The notes under the pieces: generated by a model | The model's input: the letters and a program-made list of their open reading frames with translations, nothing else | Database searches by the model: none | What the model was told of the DNA's origin: nothing | Position numbers and translations under genes: made by a program | In this document: positions 40,301 through 52,266 of the stretch, in pieces | Numbering within the stretch: position 1 is the stretch's first letter | How the letters are laid out: each line of letters begins with the position of its first letter | Assembly: GCA_963842525.1 (NCBI GenBank) | Contig: CAWJGT010000008.1 | Span: forward strand, 32,001-96,000 | Source: an uncultured Holophagales bacterium | GTDB lineage: Bacteria; Acidobacteriota; Thermoanaerobaculia; Multivoradales; UBA5704 | Reading direction: 5' to 3' | Length of the DNA stretch: 64,000 nt

Positions 40301-43153
40301 ACGCGCGAGACGGTCTATGACGCCATGGGGCAGGTCACAGCCACCATCGATGCGCTGGGCCGGCGGACGGAGCGGATCTACGACGAGCTCGGACGTCCGG
40401 TCCAGATGCGCTACCCCGACGGCACGACCGAGGCCTTGACCTATGACGCCGAAGGCCGCCGGCTCACCCTGACCGACCGCGGCGGGCACACGACGTCGTT
40501 CGTCTACGACGCGGCCGGGCGGATCGAGACCACGACCTTTGCCGACGGCTCGTCGACCGAGAACGTTTACGACGCGGCCGGCCGCCTGACCTCCTCAGTC
40601 GATGCCCGCGGACACGCCACGACCTATACCTACGACGCGGCTGGGCGGCGCACCGGCGTGACCGACGCCCTCGGTCACGAGACGCTCTTCGACTTCGACG
40701 CAGCCGGCAATCAGACCGCGGTGACAGATGCCCGCGGCAAACGGACCCGCTATGTCTACGACGACGCCGGGCGTCCCATCCGGGTGGAGCATCCCGACGG
40801 CGCCACGACCGAGACGGAGTACGACCGGCTGGGCCGGCGGACCCAGGAGACCGACGAGGCAGGGAACGCGACCCGCTTCGGCTATGACGCGCTGGGGCAG
40901 CTCGTCACGGTCACTGATGCCCTGGGCCAGGTCACCCGCTACGCCTATAACGAACGGGGCAACCGGATCTCGCAGATCGACGCCAACGGCCATGAGACCA
41001 GCTTCGAGCACGACGCGCTCGGCCGGCGGACGAGGATTGTCCTGCCCGATGGCACCGTGGAGCGCCGCGCCTACGACCTGGTGGGCAACCTCAAGGAGAG
41101 GACCCGCTTCGACGGCGCGGTGGTCCGCTACGCCTACGACGCGGCCGACCGCCTGCTCTCGCGCAGCTATCCGGACGGCACGAGCGTCTCCTTCACCTAC
41201 ACCCCCGCCGGCCGGCGGTCTACGGCGGTCGACGCGCGGGGCACGACGAGCTACACCTACGACCAGCGCGACCTCTTGGTCTCTCGGACGTATCCCGATG
41301 GGCGGGAGCTGCGCTACGCCTGGGACGCTGCTGGAAACCGCACCGCGCTCACGGCGGTCGTCGGCGGTACCACGTTCACCACCACCTACAGCTATGACGA
41401 TCTCGATCGTCTGGAGACGGTGACCGATCCGGCCGGCAGGGTCTACGAGCACGCCTACGATCCGAACGGCAATCGCGCGTCCCTCAGCTACCCGAACGGG
41501 GTCGAGACGACCTACCGCTACGACGACCGCAACCGGTTGCTGGAGCTCAGCTCGGTGCGGCCGGCGGACAGCTCGGTGGTGCAGTCCTACGTCTACACGC
41601 TGGGTCCCGCCGGCAACCGCACGGCGGTCCGGGAGCACGACGGCACGCTGCGGGATTACGGCTACGACGCGCTGTACCGGCTGACCACAGAGACGGTGAG
41701 CGATGCGCTGGGGATGGTCTACCGCAACGTTTTCGGGTACGACCCGGCCGGCAACCGGATCCGCCAGGACCGCACGCGACGGGCAACCGGAGGTGGGACG
41801 ACCACGGCGGTGATCACCTACGGCTACGACAGCCGTGATCGGCTGCTGACGGGGGATTCCGCCGCGTATGGCTGGGACGCGGATGGCAACCTGACGAGCC
41901 GGAGCGGGCCGGCAGGGGCTACCTATCAGTGGGATTTCGAGGATCGGCTGGTTCAGGCGACGCTCGCCGATGGCACGGTGGTCCGGCACGAGTACGACGT
42001 GGATGGCGTGCGGGTGAGGACGGAGGTCACGCCGGCCGGCGGGCCTGCCACCGTCGTCGAGTACCTGGTCGACATGTCCGGGCCGCTGAGCCAGGTCGTG
42101 GCCGAAGGGCCGAATACGACCACCGTCGCGACGCTCTACGTGCGCGGCGACGACCTCCTCGCGGTCATCCGGGGGGCCCAGGCGCGGTGGTACCACGCCG
42201 ACGGCCTCGGCTCGATCCGGGCCCTGACCGACGAGACCGGCGCTGTGACCGACCGGTGGTCGTTCGAGGCCTTCGGATCTCTCCTCAGCCATCAGGGGAC
42301 GGACCCGCAGGCATACCTCTTCGCGGGCGAGCCGCTCGATCCGAACCTTGGCTTCTATCAACTGCGCGCCCGGTGGATGGACCCGGCGCTGGGCCGGTTT
42401 GCCAGCACCGATCCACACCCCGGATCCGAATTCGATCCGGCGTCGCTCCACAAGTATCTCTATGCGCGGAACGCGCCCACGGTCTTCATCGACCCGACAG
42501 GGCGGGACTTCAGCCTGGCTTCCTTCAGCATTGCGGCAGCCGTGCGCGGCGCGCTCATCGGGGTCGCGATCACGGCCCCCTTCAGGCTCCTCGCCGCCGC
42601 TCAGAAGCTGCGGGCTGGCGCGGATCTGGGTGCCGTGTCTCAAGAGCTGGCGCTGGGCCTGGCCCAGGACTTCGCGATCGGCCTGGTCCTCGGAGGTGTC
42701 CTCCAGTACATCCCTCGCCTCTTCGCCTTGCGGTTTGCCGGCGAGGCCGTCAAGCGCGCGTCCACATCGTTCTGGAACCTGAATCCGTTCGCTCGCGGGC
42801 GGGCCATCGAGCAAGCAATCCTCGGCGGACCCGCCAGATTCCCGAATGCTCCCGTCGTCGAAGACGTGGTCGAAGGTGTCGCCACCTCGATCAAGAGCAT
42901 CGATCTGACGGCCGTCACCTATGAGTCGACCTCGGCGCTCAGGAGCCTGGTGAGCCGATATGCGCGGGACCTCGCGACATTCACCTTCAACATAGGACCG
43001 TTCTCGGCGAATCAAGTCTCCCAGAGGGTTCTGGTCATCGCCATCGAAGAGGGAGCTGCGACGGCGGCCCAGGCCACTGTGCTCCAACAATTCATGCGGA
43101 CTGCGCAGTACCTGTGGCCGGAGATCAAGGTTCTCATCGTGGCTATTCCTTAG
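37394..43153 (+). CDS. RHS/YD-repeat polymorphic toxin with an EC869-like DNase C-terminus
   Basis: Many YD repeats; RHS core ending ...YLYARNAPTVFIDPTG; C-terminus RGRAIEQ...ATSIKSIDL...RVLVIAI. Confidence 0.92.
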   Translation: MTRTRSRRFCGLLQAFRRWAPWTVHLALAAVLNSAFDGPALADEIGRWRALDASLVEADRVPGPPSLDELVALLAPLMESDASFLLPQEKPAPEPAASQRVSGASRLKAPRPRPRTEAVEPSQIAMKLSPLPETEERIEESSTAVLEAAASAAPPIPPPPSLPGLPQEESGQPVSSASPAAAVSAAGDAIPLILGWNLVSLPKQPDSVDPASVLVSISGSYQVVHAYDACSSDPWRTYDSANPAESSLTAIDHRMGLWVRATAAATLAVSGTEPVETSIQLCQGWNLIGYPLSQARPVLAALSSIAGKFQRVYGWDPADPADPWEVFDVAVPAWANDLEQMLPGRGYWVYATVDTTLVMSNAGLPPEVEISSPANAAAVTAPTDIVGTVRSNLLESWTLAWRLKGETGSFTTFATGNTPVSNGVLGKLDPRLLLNGLYEIELTATDFQGQSVSISIDVVVEGELKIGNFTLSFTDLEVPLAGLPIQVIRTYDSRDKRVGDFGVGWTLSLSNVRLQEDGPVGEGWQGTRSPGAFPTYCVVPTRGRRVTVTLPDDTVLRFEPRVSPQCQPLVPPQVVTLTYAPLPGTLATLEMLDQSLPVLVVGSFPGPVELWDQETVELQDPGRYRLTLKDGRQLVIDQQQGGLTSIKDRNGNELTVGRNGITHSSGKGITFQRDGHGRITQITDPADKSLTYSYDAAGDLVTVIDREAATSRFTYSSNHFLLSTQNPLGRQPIRNEYDAAGRLIRTTDAFGKTIELTHDVAANREVVTDRLGHSRVLEYDARGNVVRETDAFGKVTARTFGSEDRLLLQTDPLGHTTSYAYDANGNQTEIRDPLGNVTRYTYDASGNVLTATDPRGKATTSTYDAAGNLLSTRDPLGNITTYTYDEKGNLLTETDAAGGVTTYVYDVEGNVVRETDALGTVTTATYDRNGNRLTQSLTRTTPSGPETLPWTYTYETEGRLRATTNPDGSTRETVYDAMGQVTATIDALGRRTERIYDELGRPVQMRYPDGTTEALTYDAEGRRLTLTDRGGHTTSFVYDAAGRIETTTFADGSSTENVYDAAGRLTSSVDARGHATTYTYDAAGRRTGVTDALGHETLFDFDAAGNQTAVTDARGKRTRYVYDDAGRPIRVEHPDGATTETEYDRLGRRTQETDEAGNATRFGYDALGQLVTVTDALGQVTRYAYNERGNRISQIDANGHETSFEHDALGRRTRIVLPDGTVERRAYDLVGNLKERTRFDGAVVRYAYDAADRLLSRSYPDGTSVSFTYTPAGRRSTAVDARGTTSYTYDQRDLLVSRTYPDGRELRYAWDAAGNRTALTAVVGGTTFTTTYSYDDLDRLETVTDPAGRVYEHAYDPNGNRASLSYPNGVETTYRYDDRNRLLELSSVRPADSSVVQSYVYTLGPAGNRTAVREHDGTLRDYGYDALYRLTTETVSDALGMVYRNVFGYDPAGNRIRQDRTRRATGGGTTTAVITYGYDSRDRLLTGDSAAYGWDADGNLTSRSGPAGATYQWDFEDRLVQATLADGTVVRHEYDVDGVRVRTEVTPAGGPATVVEYLVDMSGPLSQVVAEGPNTTTVATLYVRGDDLLAVIRGAQARWYHADGLGSIRALTDETGAVTDRWSFEAFGSLLSHQGTDPQAYLFAGEPLDPNLGFYQLRARWMDPALGRFASTDPHPGSEFDPASLHKYLYARNAPTVFIDPTGRDFSLASFSIAAAVRGALIGVAITAPFRLLAAAQKLRAGADLGAVSQELALGLAQDFAIGLVLGGVLQYIPRLFALRFAGEAVKRASTSFWNLNPFARGRAIEQAILGGPARFPNAPVVEDVVEGVATSIKSIDLTAVTYESTSALRSLVSRYARDLATFTFNIGPFSANQVSQRVLVIAIEEGAATAAQATVLQQFMRTAQYLWPEIKVLIVAIP

Positions 43154-43162
43154 GAGGCGCCG

Positions 43163-43846
43163 ATGAGTTTCTGGGATCGACTCGGCAAGTATCGGACACA
43201 TGGTCCGCAGGCGGTTGGCGAGTTGGCCCTGCAGCCGCCCGACGTCTTTCGCCGCATCCTCGGGGAGGTGGCCGACGAGGTGCTGTTGCCTCTCGGATGG
43301 GTCCGTGGCAAAAAGCTCATGTGGTCCCGGCTTTGCCAGACCTGGGCTGATCAGGTGATCGAGCTGCAGCCTCTGAGGAGCGCTGTCGGTGCCCGTTGGG
43401 GTCTGCGCCTTTCGTTCATGCCCGCGCTCAAAAAAGGGCGCGGAGGAGCCCGGCCGCTCGACCTCTCCTACGATCCGCTGGACTACGAAAGGGACAGGAC
43501 TCCCTGGACGATCAGCCAGTTTGCGAACGAGGAGGAGCTGCGTGCGGAGACCCGGGCCCTGGTGCGACGCGCCCTCGCGGAAGTTGACGCGCTGTCCGTC
43601 TGTTGCCGGGACCTCCGGTCCCTGATCCGGTGCTTCGAGGAGAAGAAGACGAGGAAATACATCGGCTTCGGCTTTTACAACTATCCGAATGAAGTCCTCG
43701 CGTATGCGGCCGTGCTCGGGCTGGTCGAACGCGAAGACGAAGCGCTCCAGGAGCTCGACGCCGCATTCACCCGGCTGAAGGCGTCCGATGCCGAGCAGGA
43801 AAAGCTCAGGCAGGATCTGGTGGAGCTATGGAAGAAGGGGATCTAG
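43163..43846 (+). CDS. Putative immunity protein
   Basis: Starts 9 nt after the RHS stop with an AGGAGG RBS. The assignment rests on position. Confidence 0.65.
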   Translation: MSFWDRLGKYRTHGPQAVGELALQPPDVFRRILGEVADEVLLPLGWVRGKKLMWSRLCQTWADQVIELQPLRSAVGARWGLRLSFMPALKKGRGGARPLDLSYDPLDYERDRTPWTISQFANEEELRAETRALVRRALAEVDALSVCCRDLRSLIRCFEEKKTRKYIGFGFYNYPNEVLAYAAVLGLVEREDEALQELDAAFTRLKASDAEQEKLRQDLVELWKKGI

Positions 43847-43964
43847 CGCTGGCGCGGAGGACACGATACAGTGCGGACAGTTCCAGTAGTCAAGCAGGTA
43901 AAGATCCCGAGGGGATGGTTCCCGGGGGCGAAGATGCTTCGGTAGCGATCGGGAGAGGACCTTG

Positions 43965-46900
43965 ATGATGCTCTCGCGGCAGCGGAAGGTGGATGGCAGG
44001 CTCCCTGGGGTGGCGGCGCGCACCCTTGGGCTGGCGTGCGCCTGCCTGCTGTTCGCGGTCCGCGCCTTCGCCGTCCCCGCTGCGCCGGGCAATCTCCTCG
44101 CCACGCCCGGCAACGTCAAGGTCACGGTGACCTGGAGCGCCGTCACCGGCGCCACCGGCTACAACGTCTACCGCAGCCTCGCCCCGGGCGGCCCGTACGG
44201 CGCGCCGCTCGCCGGGGGCGTCACCGGCACGACCCACACGGACAACGCGGTCGCCAACGATACGACCTACTACTACGTCGCGACGGCGGTCGACGGCACG
44301 GGGGAGGGTCCGCTGTCGGCGGAGGACCCGGCCACGCCGCGGGCCGGCACGTTCGTCAGCGGCGTGATCGGCAGCGCCAGCCCCATGGCGACGACTTGGA
44401 GACTGGCCAACAGCCCCTACGTGGTCGTCGGTGACGTCGAGGTGCGAGGGACCATCAACGATTTCAACAACCGGACGAGCACCCTCGTGATCGAAGCGGG
44501 AGTCGCCGTGCTCTTCGAGCCCAGGACGGGTCTGTTCGTTGGCGACGACACGACGTTCAACGGCCACAACGGGAGGCTGCAAGCCACGGGAGCGACGTTC
44601 ACGTCCAATCGCATTGCGCCGGCGGCTGGAGATTGGAAGGGCCTCCGCTTTGGCAACACGGCCGTGGACGGAGGCACCAACACGTTCCTTGACGGCTGCA
44701 CGGTGGAATGGGCGGGCGGCTCTGCGGCTCTGGCGGCGGTCATCGTCAACCAGTCGGCCCCCGAGCTGCGCAACGGCACTCGGGTGCTGCGCACGGCAAC
44801 GGGAGGGATCCACGTCTCCGATTCAGCAGCGGTGACGGTGATCGGCGGCGAGGTGGAGGGCGGGTTGGCTCCCGCGGTGCGGGTTCTGGGCTTTTCCACC
44901 TTGCGTCTGACGGGAGTCACCTTCCGCGGCGGCACGTACCCGGTGCAGATCCAGCCGAACGTCGTGTTGGCCGCGCTGACGGGGAACACCTTGGAGAGCT
45001 ACGCGCCCGAACGTGCCGGCCTGGCGGTGGAGGGCGGCATCATGGGCTCCACGCCGATCCAGAACCGTACGTGGCCGGGCGGAGACTTGCCGTACATCGT
45101 GTTGGGCGATCTGACGGTGCGGGGGAACATCAACGACTTCAATAACCGGACGAGCACGCTGGTGATCGGCACGGGGGCGCAGGTGCGGTTCGAGCCCGGC
45201 ACCGGGCTGTTCATCGGCGACGACACGACGTTCGACGGCCACAACGGGAGGGTGCAAGCCACGGGAGCGACGTTCACGTCGAATCGCACGACTCCGGCGG
45301 CAGGAGATTGGAAGGGCCTCCGCTTTGGCAACACGGCCGTGAATGGAGGCACCAACACGTTCCTCCATGGCTGCACGGTGGAATGGGCAGGAGGCTCCGG
45401 AGTCCTGGCGGCGGTCATCGTCAACCAGTCGGCGCCCGAGCTGCGCAACGGCACACGGGTGTTGCGCACGACGACGGGAGGTATCCACGTCTCCGATGGG
45501 GCGGCGGTGACGGTGATCGGCGGCGAGGTGGAGGGCGGGTCGGCTCCGGCGGTGCAGGTTCTGGGCTTTTCCAGCCTTTTTTTGACGGGAGTCACCTTCC
45601 GCGGCGGCACGTACCCGGTGCAGATCCAGCCGAACGTCGTGTTGGCCGCGCTGACGGGGAACACCTTGGAGAGCTACGCGCCCGAACGTGCCGGCCTGGC
45701 GGTGGAGGGCGGCATCATGGGCTCCACCCCGATCCAGAACCGCACATGGCCGGGCGGAGACCTGCCGTACATCTTGTTGGGCGATCTGACGGTGCGGGGG
45801 AACATCAACGACTTCAATAACCGGACGAGCACGCTGGTGATCGGCGCCGGAGCGCAGGTGCGTTTCGAGCCCGGTACCGGGCTGTTCATCGGCGACGACA
45901 CGACGTTCAACGGCCACAACGGGAGGCTGCAGGCCACGGGAGCGACGTTCACGTCGAATCGCACGGCTCCGGCGGCCGGCGACTGGAAGGGTCTCCGCTT
46001 CGGCAACACGGCGCTAGACGGGGGAGCCAACAACTTCCTCCATGGCTGCACGGTGGAATGGGCGGGAGGCTCCGGAGCCCTGGCGGCGGTCATCGTCAAC
46101 CAGTCGGCGCCCGAGCTGCGCAACGGCACTCTGGTGCTGCGCACGGCGACGGGAGGGATCCACGTCTCCGATGGGGCGGCGGTGACGGTGATCGGAGGCG
46201 AGGTGGAGGGCGGGTCGGCTCCGGCGGTGCGGGTCCTGGGCTTTTCCAGCCTTTCCCTGACGGGAGTCACCTTCCGCGGCGGTACGTACCCGGTGCAGAT
46301 CCAGCCGAACGTCGTGTTGGCCGCACTGACGGGCAATACCTTGGAGAGCTACGCGCCCGGACGTGCCGGCCTGGCGGTGGAGGGCGGCATCATGGGCTCC
46401 ACCCCGATCCAGAGCCGGACATGGCCGGGCGGAGACCTGCCGTACCTCGTGTTGGGCGATCTGACGGTACGGGGGAATATCGACGACTTCAACAACCGGA
46501 CGAGCACGCTGGTGATCGGCACGGGGGCGCAGGTGCGGTTCGAGCCTGGCACCGGGCTGTTCATCGGCGACGACACGGGGTTCGACGGTCACCGGGGGAG
46601 GCTGCAAGCTACGGGAGCGACGTTCACATCCAATCGCCCAACTCGAGCGGCTGGAGACTGGAAGGGACTCCGCTTCGGCAATACGGCTGTGGACGGAGGC
46701 GCCAACACCTTCCTCGACGGCTGCACCGTGGAATGGGCGGGAGGCTTTGGAGCCCTTGCCGCGGTCGTTGTTAGCCAGTGCGATCCCGAGTTGCGCAATG
46801 GCACACGAGTACGTCGAACGGCCACCGGGGGCATCTATGTATCCGACAGCTCAGTGATGACGGTGACTGGTGGCGAGGTGGAAGGCGAGTCGGCTCCAGC

Positions 46901-49900
46901 GGTGCGGGTCCTGGGCTTTTCCACCCTGCGTCTGAAGGGGGTCACCTTCCGCGGCGGCACGTACCCGGTGCAGATCCAGCCGAACGTCGTGTTGGCCGCG
47001 CTGACGGGCAATACCTCGGAGAGCTACGCGCCCGAACGTGCCGGCCTGGCGGTGGAGGGCGGCGTCATGGGCTCCACCCCGATCCAGAGCCGGACATGGC
47101 CGGGCGGAGACCTGCCGTACATCGTGTTGGGCGATCTGACGATACGGGGGAACATCAACGACTTCAATAACCGGACGAGCACGCTGGTGATCGGCACGGG
47201 GGCGCAGGTGCGGTTCGAGCCTGGCACCGGACTGTTCATCGGCGACGACACGGGGTTCAACGGCCACAACGGGAGGCTGCAAGCCACGGGAGCGACGTTC
47301 ACGTCCAATCGCACGGCGCCGGCGGCTGGAGACTGGAAGGGCCTACGCTTCGGCAACACGGCTGTGGATGGAACCACCAACACGTTCCTCGAAGGCTGCA
47401 CGGTGGAATGGGCGGGAGGCTCTGCGGTTCTCGCGGCGGTGGTGGTCAATCAGTCGGCCCTCGAGTTGCGCAACAGCCGAGTGCTCAGCACGGCGACGGG
47501 AGGAGTGCACGTCTCCGATGCGGCCGCGGTGACGATCCTCGATGCCGAGATCGAGGGCGGCACGGAGCCGGCGGTCCGGATCCTGGGTTTTTCCCAACTG
47601 AGCCTGAAGGGCACGACCCTGCGCGGCGATGCCTACCCGGTGCAGATTCAGCCGAACGTGGTGCTGGCGGCTTTGATCGGCAACCAGGCGGATGGATATC
47701 CGCACGAACAGGCGGGGATTGCGGTCGAAGGGGGAACGATGGGATCGGCTTCGGTCCAGAGCCGGACCTGGCCTGGCGGAAACCTGCCTTACATCGTGCT
47801 CGCAGACCTGACGGTGCGGGGGACCATCAACGACTTCAACGATCGGACGAGCACCCTCGTGATCGGTGCGGGAGCGGAGATTCTCTTCAAGTCCGGCGCG
47901 GGGCTCTTCGTGGGTGACGACACGGCGTTCGATGGGCATCGAGGGAAGCTGCAGGCGACGGGAGCCACTTTTTCATCGGTGCGGAGCACGCCGGCGCCGG
48001 GTGACTGGAAAGGGATCCGTTTCGGCAACACGACGATCGACGACGGTCTGAACACCTTCCTCGATGACTGTACGGTGGAATGGGCAGGAGGCTCCGGGAG
48101 CGCCGCCGCGATTGAGGTGAATCAAGCGAGCGTGGAGCTGCGCAAGACGGTCGTGCGCCAGACGGCTTCCGCGGGGAGCTCATGTCGCGGATGGCTCTGC
48201 GATCACGATCATGGGATCGGAGATCGAAGGCGGCACCGGGCCGGGCGTGAAGGTTCTGGGCTTTGCGAGCCTGAGCCTGATCGAGACCCGGTTGCGCAAG
48301 GGAACCTATCCTGTGCAGATCCAACCGAACGTGGTGCTCGCGGCGCTGCGGGCCAACGCGGCAGAGGGATATCCACGCGAGCAGTCGGGGATCGCCGTCG
48401 AGGCGGGAGTGATGGGCTCGACGTTCCAGAGCCGGACCTGGCCCGGAGGGGACCTGCCGTACGTTGTGCTCGGAGATCTCTCCGTGCGCGGGAACGTCAA
48501 CGACTTCAATGATCGAACGAGCACGCTCGTGATCGGTTCAGGAACGGAAGTGCGCTTCGCGGATGGCGCCGGGCTCTTCGTCGGCGACGACTCCGGTTTT
48601 AGCGGCGGCCACTCGGGGCGCCTCCAGGCTACGGGCGTCACCTTCACGGCGAGCTCCGCCACGCCCGTGCCCGGCTTCTGGAAGGGGATTTATTTCGCCG
48701 ACCAGGCGATCGACGGCGGCGCGAACAACTTCCTCGATCACTGCACGGTCGAGTGGGCCGGTGGCGATGTCCCCGGCGCCGTGCGCGTCAACGCCAGCTC
48801 TCCGGTCTTCAAGAACGGTTTCGCAGTCCGCAGCACGGCCGCGGCGGGCGTTCATCTCTCGCCAAGCTCGGCGACCAGCGTCTCGATCCTGGGCGGCGAG
48901 ATCGAGGGGGGCGCCGACGCGGCCGTCCGTGCCACGGGCAATTCGACGCTGCTACTGCGGGACGTCACCCTGCGCGGCGGAATCTATCCAGCGCGGATCG
49001 ACCCCAATGTGACCCTTCTGGGCCTGCGCGGCAGCCGGGCCGAGGGGTATCCCTTCGAACGGTCGGCGGTGGCGGTGGAGGGCGGCCTCATGGGGAATTC
49101 AGGTGGACCCCAGACCCGCCTTTGGCCCGCCGCGGACCTCCCCTTCCTCGTCTTGGGCGAGGTGCAGGTACGAGGCAATCAGAACACGGGTGGCGACCGC
49201 ACGAGCACCCTGGTGCTCCAGAGCGGGGGCGAGGTCCGGTTCGGCCGCGGCGCCTCTCTGCAGATCGGCGACGACACCAACATCGACGGCGGCCACTGGG
49301 GCGCCCTTCAGGCGAGCGGCGTGACTTTCACGGCCAACACGCTCTCCCCGACTCCCGGCTTCTGGAGCGGCCTCTACTTCGCGGATCAGACCCGGGACGA
49401 GCTGAGCTTCCTCTTCGACTGCACGGTCGAGTATGGCGGCGCCACCGGCGGCAACGTCACGATCTACCGTTCGTCCCCCTATCTGAGTGGCATGGTGGTC
49501 CGGGGAGGCGGCCAGGACGGGATCCTGGCGGGCATCTCGAGCTCGGTCGTGACCGGCTCGCGGCTGATCGGGAACGCCCTCGGCCTGCAACTGTTCTCCT
49601 CGGGAGCCCTGTCCCTGGCCGACAGCGACGTCGAGGAAAATCCCGGCTTCGGAGTGTTCAACGGCACGGCTTCGTCACTCTTCGCGCGGTTCAACTGGTG
49701 GGGCGATCCCCCCGGTCCCCGCGCGGCCCCCAATCCAGCCGGACTCGGCGACCGTGTGTCGGACCGGGTGGACTTCACTCCCTGGCTGACGGCGAGCCCC
49801 GTGCCTCCGGTGGCTCCGGCGAGCGTGACGGCCCAGCCGGGCGACGGCACGGTTGTCGTCGCGTGGCGCGCCAACCCGGAGAAGGACGTGGCCGGATACA

Positions 49901-52266
49901 ACGTCTACCGCCGGCTGCCTCCCGCGACCGCCTGGACCCTCCGTAGCTCTGCCCCGGTTCCGGCGTCCACCTCGCCGTCGTTTCAGGAAAGCGGCCTGAC
50001 GAACCGGATCGGGCATTGCTACCAGGTGCGGGCGGTGGACTCCCAGGGGCGGGAGGGTGATCCTTCCCGCGAGGCCTGCGCCACGCCAAAGACCGATGTG
50101 ACGCCTCCGGCCTGGGCTGGCCCCGCGGGAGCCCTCTTCGCAGAGGGGGGCGACGGCAAGGCCGTGATCCGCTTCGAGCCGGCGGCCGACCAGGGCCCGA
50201 CGGTGGCCTACAATCTGTACTACAGCACGATCACCCCTGTGGATCGCAGCCTGCCGGGGATCGGCCGGATCGCCAACGCCGTGCCGGCGCCGAGCAGCGT
50301 CGGCCATTCCCTGGAGGTGACCGTCCCCGGATTGATCAACGGCCGGCGCTACTTTTTCAACCTGCAGGCCGTGGACTCCGAAGGCAACGCGGACGGCAAT
50401 GCCACCGAGGCTACGGCGGTGATCGGCCCGGACTCCGGCGCCGTGGACGCGGCGAGCCCCTGGACCGGAGCCACGCTCGATGGCATCGAGGTGGACGGCG
50501 AGGGCCGCGCCGTGCTTGCCGCAGGTCGCACCGAGGGGCAGATCACCTCAGCGGTCATCGAGCTGCCGGCGGGCGCGGACCTGTCGGCAGTCTCCTGGAA
50601 CGCGGTCGAGCCCGCGGGCGCGGCCGTCGACACGGTTTTAGGTGGACGGCCGACGATCGAGGTCCGGGCCGCAGAGAGCGCCGCGAACCTGGCGAACGCC
50701 CGCTGCACCGCGCCCACGGGGCTCGCCGCCTGGTGGCCGGGCGACGGCAACGGTCAGGACATCCACAGCGGGCAGGACGGCGCGGTGCGCGGCGGAACGG
50801 GTTTCGCAGCCGGCCGGAGCGCGGCGGCCTTCCGCTTCGACGGCAACGACGACCGCGTCGAAGGCCCGAATTTCGGCAGCTTCACCCGGGTCACGGTGCA
50901 GGCCTGGGTCTACCGCGAGGGCGCGACCAGCACCCGGGAGAGCCTGGTCTCCTACAAGGAAAGCGGCAACTGCGGCTTCGTCCTCTCCCTCAACGAGGAT
51001 GGCGCCAGCCAGCGGCCGCGGCTGTTTGTGCAGGTCAACGGCACCTGGCGGTTCGCCGAGGGGGCGCTGCCGGTCCCTAGCGAGCGCTGGACCCACCTGG
51101 CGGGAACCTATGACGGCCAGGAAATCCGCCTCTACGTCGACGGCGCTCTCGCCGCAACCACGCCGGCTGTGGGCAACATGGTGCAGTGCAACCAGAGAGT
51201 GGGCCTGGGCGCGCGGTCGAGCTTCGACCAGCACTTCTTCCCGGGCCGCCTCGACGAGGTTGCCATCTTCAGCCGCGCTCTCACCGCGGCGGAGATCCAG
51301 ACGCTTTATGCGGCGAGCAGCGCCGGCCTCTGCAAGTCCGACTCGGACGGCGACGGCGTGGCCGACCTTGCGGACGCCTGCCCGGCCACGCCCGCCCGTA
51401 CCGCGGTGAACGCCGCGGGCTGCCCGGGAGGCTGTTTCGGTCCTCCCTCGGGCCGCGTGAGTTGGTGGCGAGGCGAGGGAGACGCGGCGGACTCGACTGG
51501 CACAAGCGCCGGTACCCTGGTGGGTGGCACCAGCTTCGACCTGGGCCAGATGGGGCAGGCCTTCCGCTTCGATGGCGTCAATGACCGCGTCGAGATCCCG
51601 AATTTCGGCAGCTTTACGCGGGTCACTGTTCAAGCCTGGGTGTATCGCGAGGGTTTGACGAACACGCGGGAGAGCCTGATCTCCTACAAAGAAGGGAACA
51701 GCCCCAACTGCGGCTTCCTCCTCTTGCTCAATGAGGACGGCGTGCGCCAGAGGCCGGGCATGGACGTGCAGGTCAACGGCGCCTGGCAGTTTGCCGAATG
51801 GGATCAGCCCCTTCCCTTTGCGCGATGGACCCATCTCGCCGGCACCTACGACGGCCAGACCGTCCGCCTCTATGTCGATGGTGTCCTTGCGGCGGCCACG
51901 CCGGCGGCGGGAAATCTGACGCAGTGCAATCAGAAGACAGCCCTGGGCTCGCGGGCAAGCTTCGATCAGTACTTCCTCCCCGGCCTCTTGGACGAGGTCG
52001 CGGTCTTCGACCGGGCTCTGTCGCCGAGCGAGGTCCAGGCCTTGGCCGAGGCCCACAGCGCGGGGATGTGCGCCGCGGCAGGCCCGGACTCCGGAGCGCC
52101 GGCCGGCACGCCCCAGGTGCAGCAGGGATGGGTGCAGGTAACGCCGAACCAGGTCCTGGACCTGCCGGACGGCCGCTATGTCCAGCTCCGGGTCACGCTA
52201 CGGGGCGACGGGACGCAGTCCCCGGCCCTGCGCAGCGTCTCGCTCGGCTACCGGGGAGGAGGCTAG
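43965..52266 (+). CDS. Giant secreted protein (about 2,770 aa): FN3, 225-aa beta-helix-like repeats, FN3, two LamG domains; +1 frameshift at 48173-48176
   Basis: Signal peptide and a recurring NINDFNNRTSTLVI unit. Removing one G from GGGG restores TASAGAHVADG, matching TATGGIHVSDG in the other repeats. Confidence 0.88.
44390..49440 (+). repeat. About 675-bp coding tandem repeats (7-8 copies, diverging toward the 3' end)
   Basis: aacatcaacgacttcaataaccggacgagcac-like sequence recurs near 44455, 45130, 45805, 46480, 47155, 47825 and 48495. Confidence 0.9.

Noticed and set aside
48173-48176. Programmed frameshift or phase-variable tract
   Set aside because: The run is only four G with no slippery heptamer, and similar indels elsewhere point to sequencing error.
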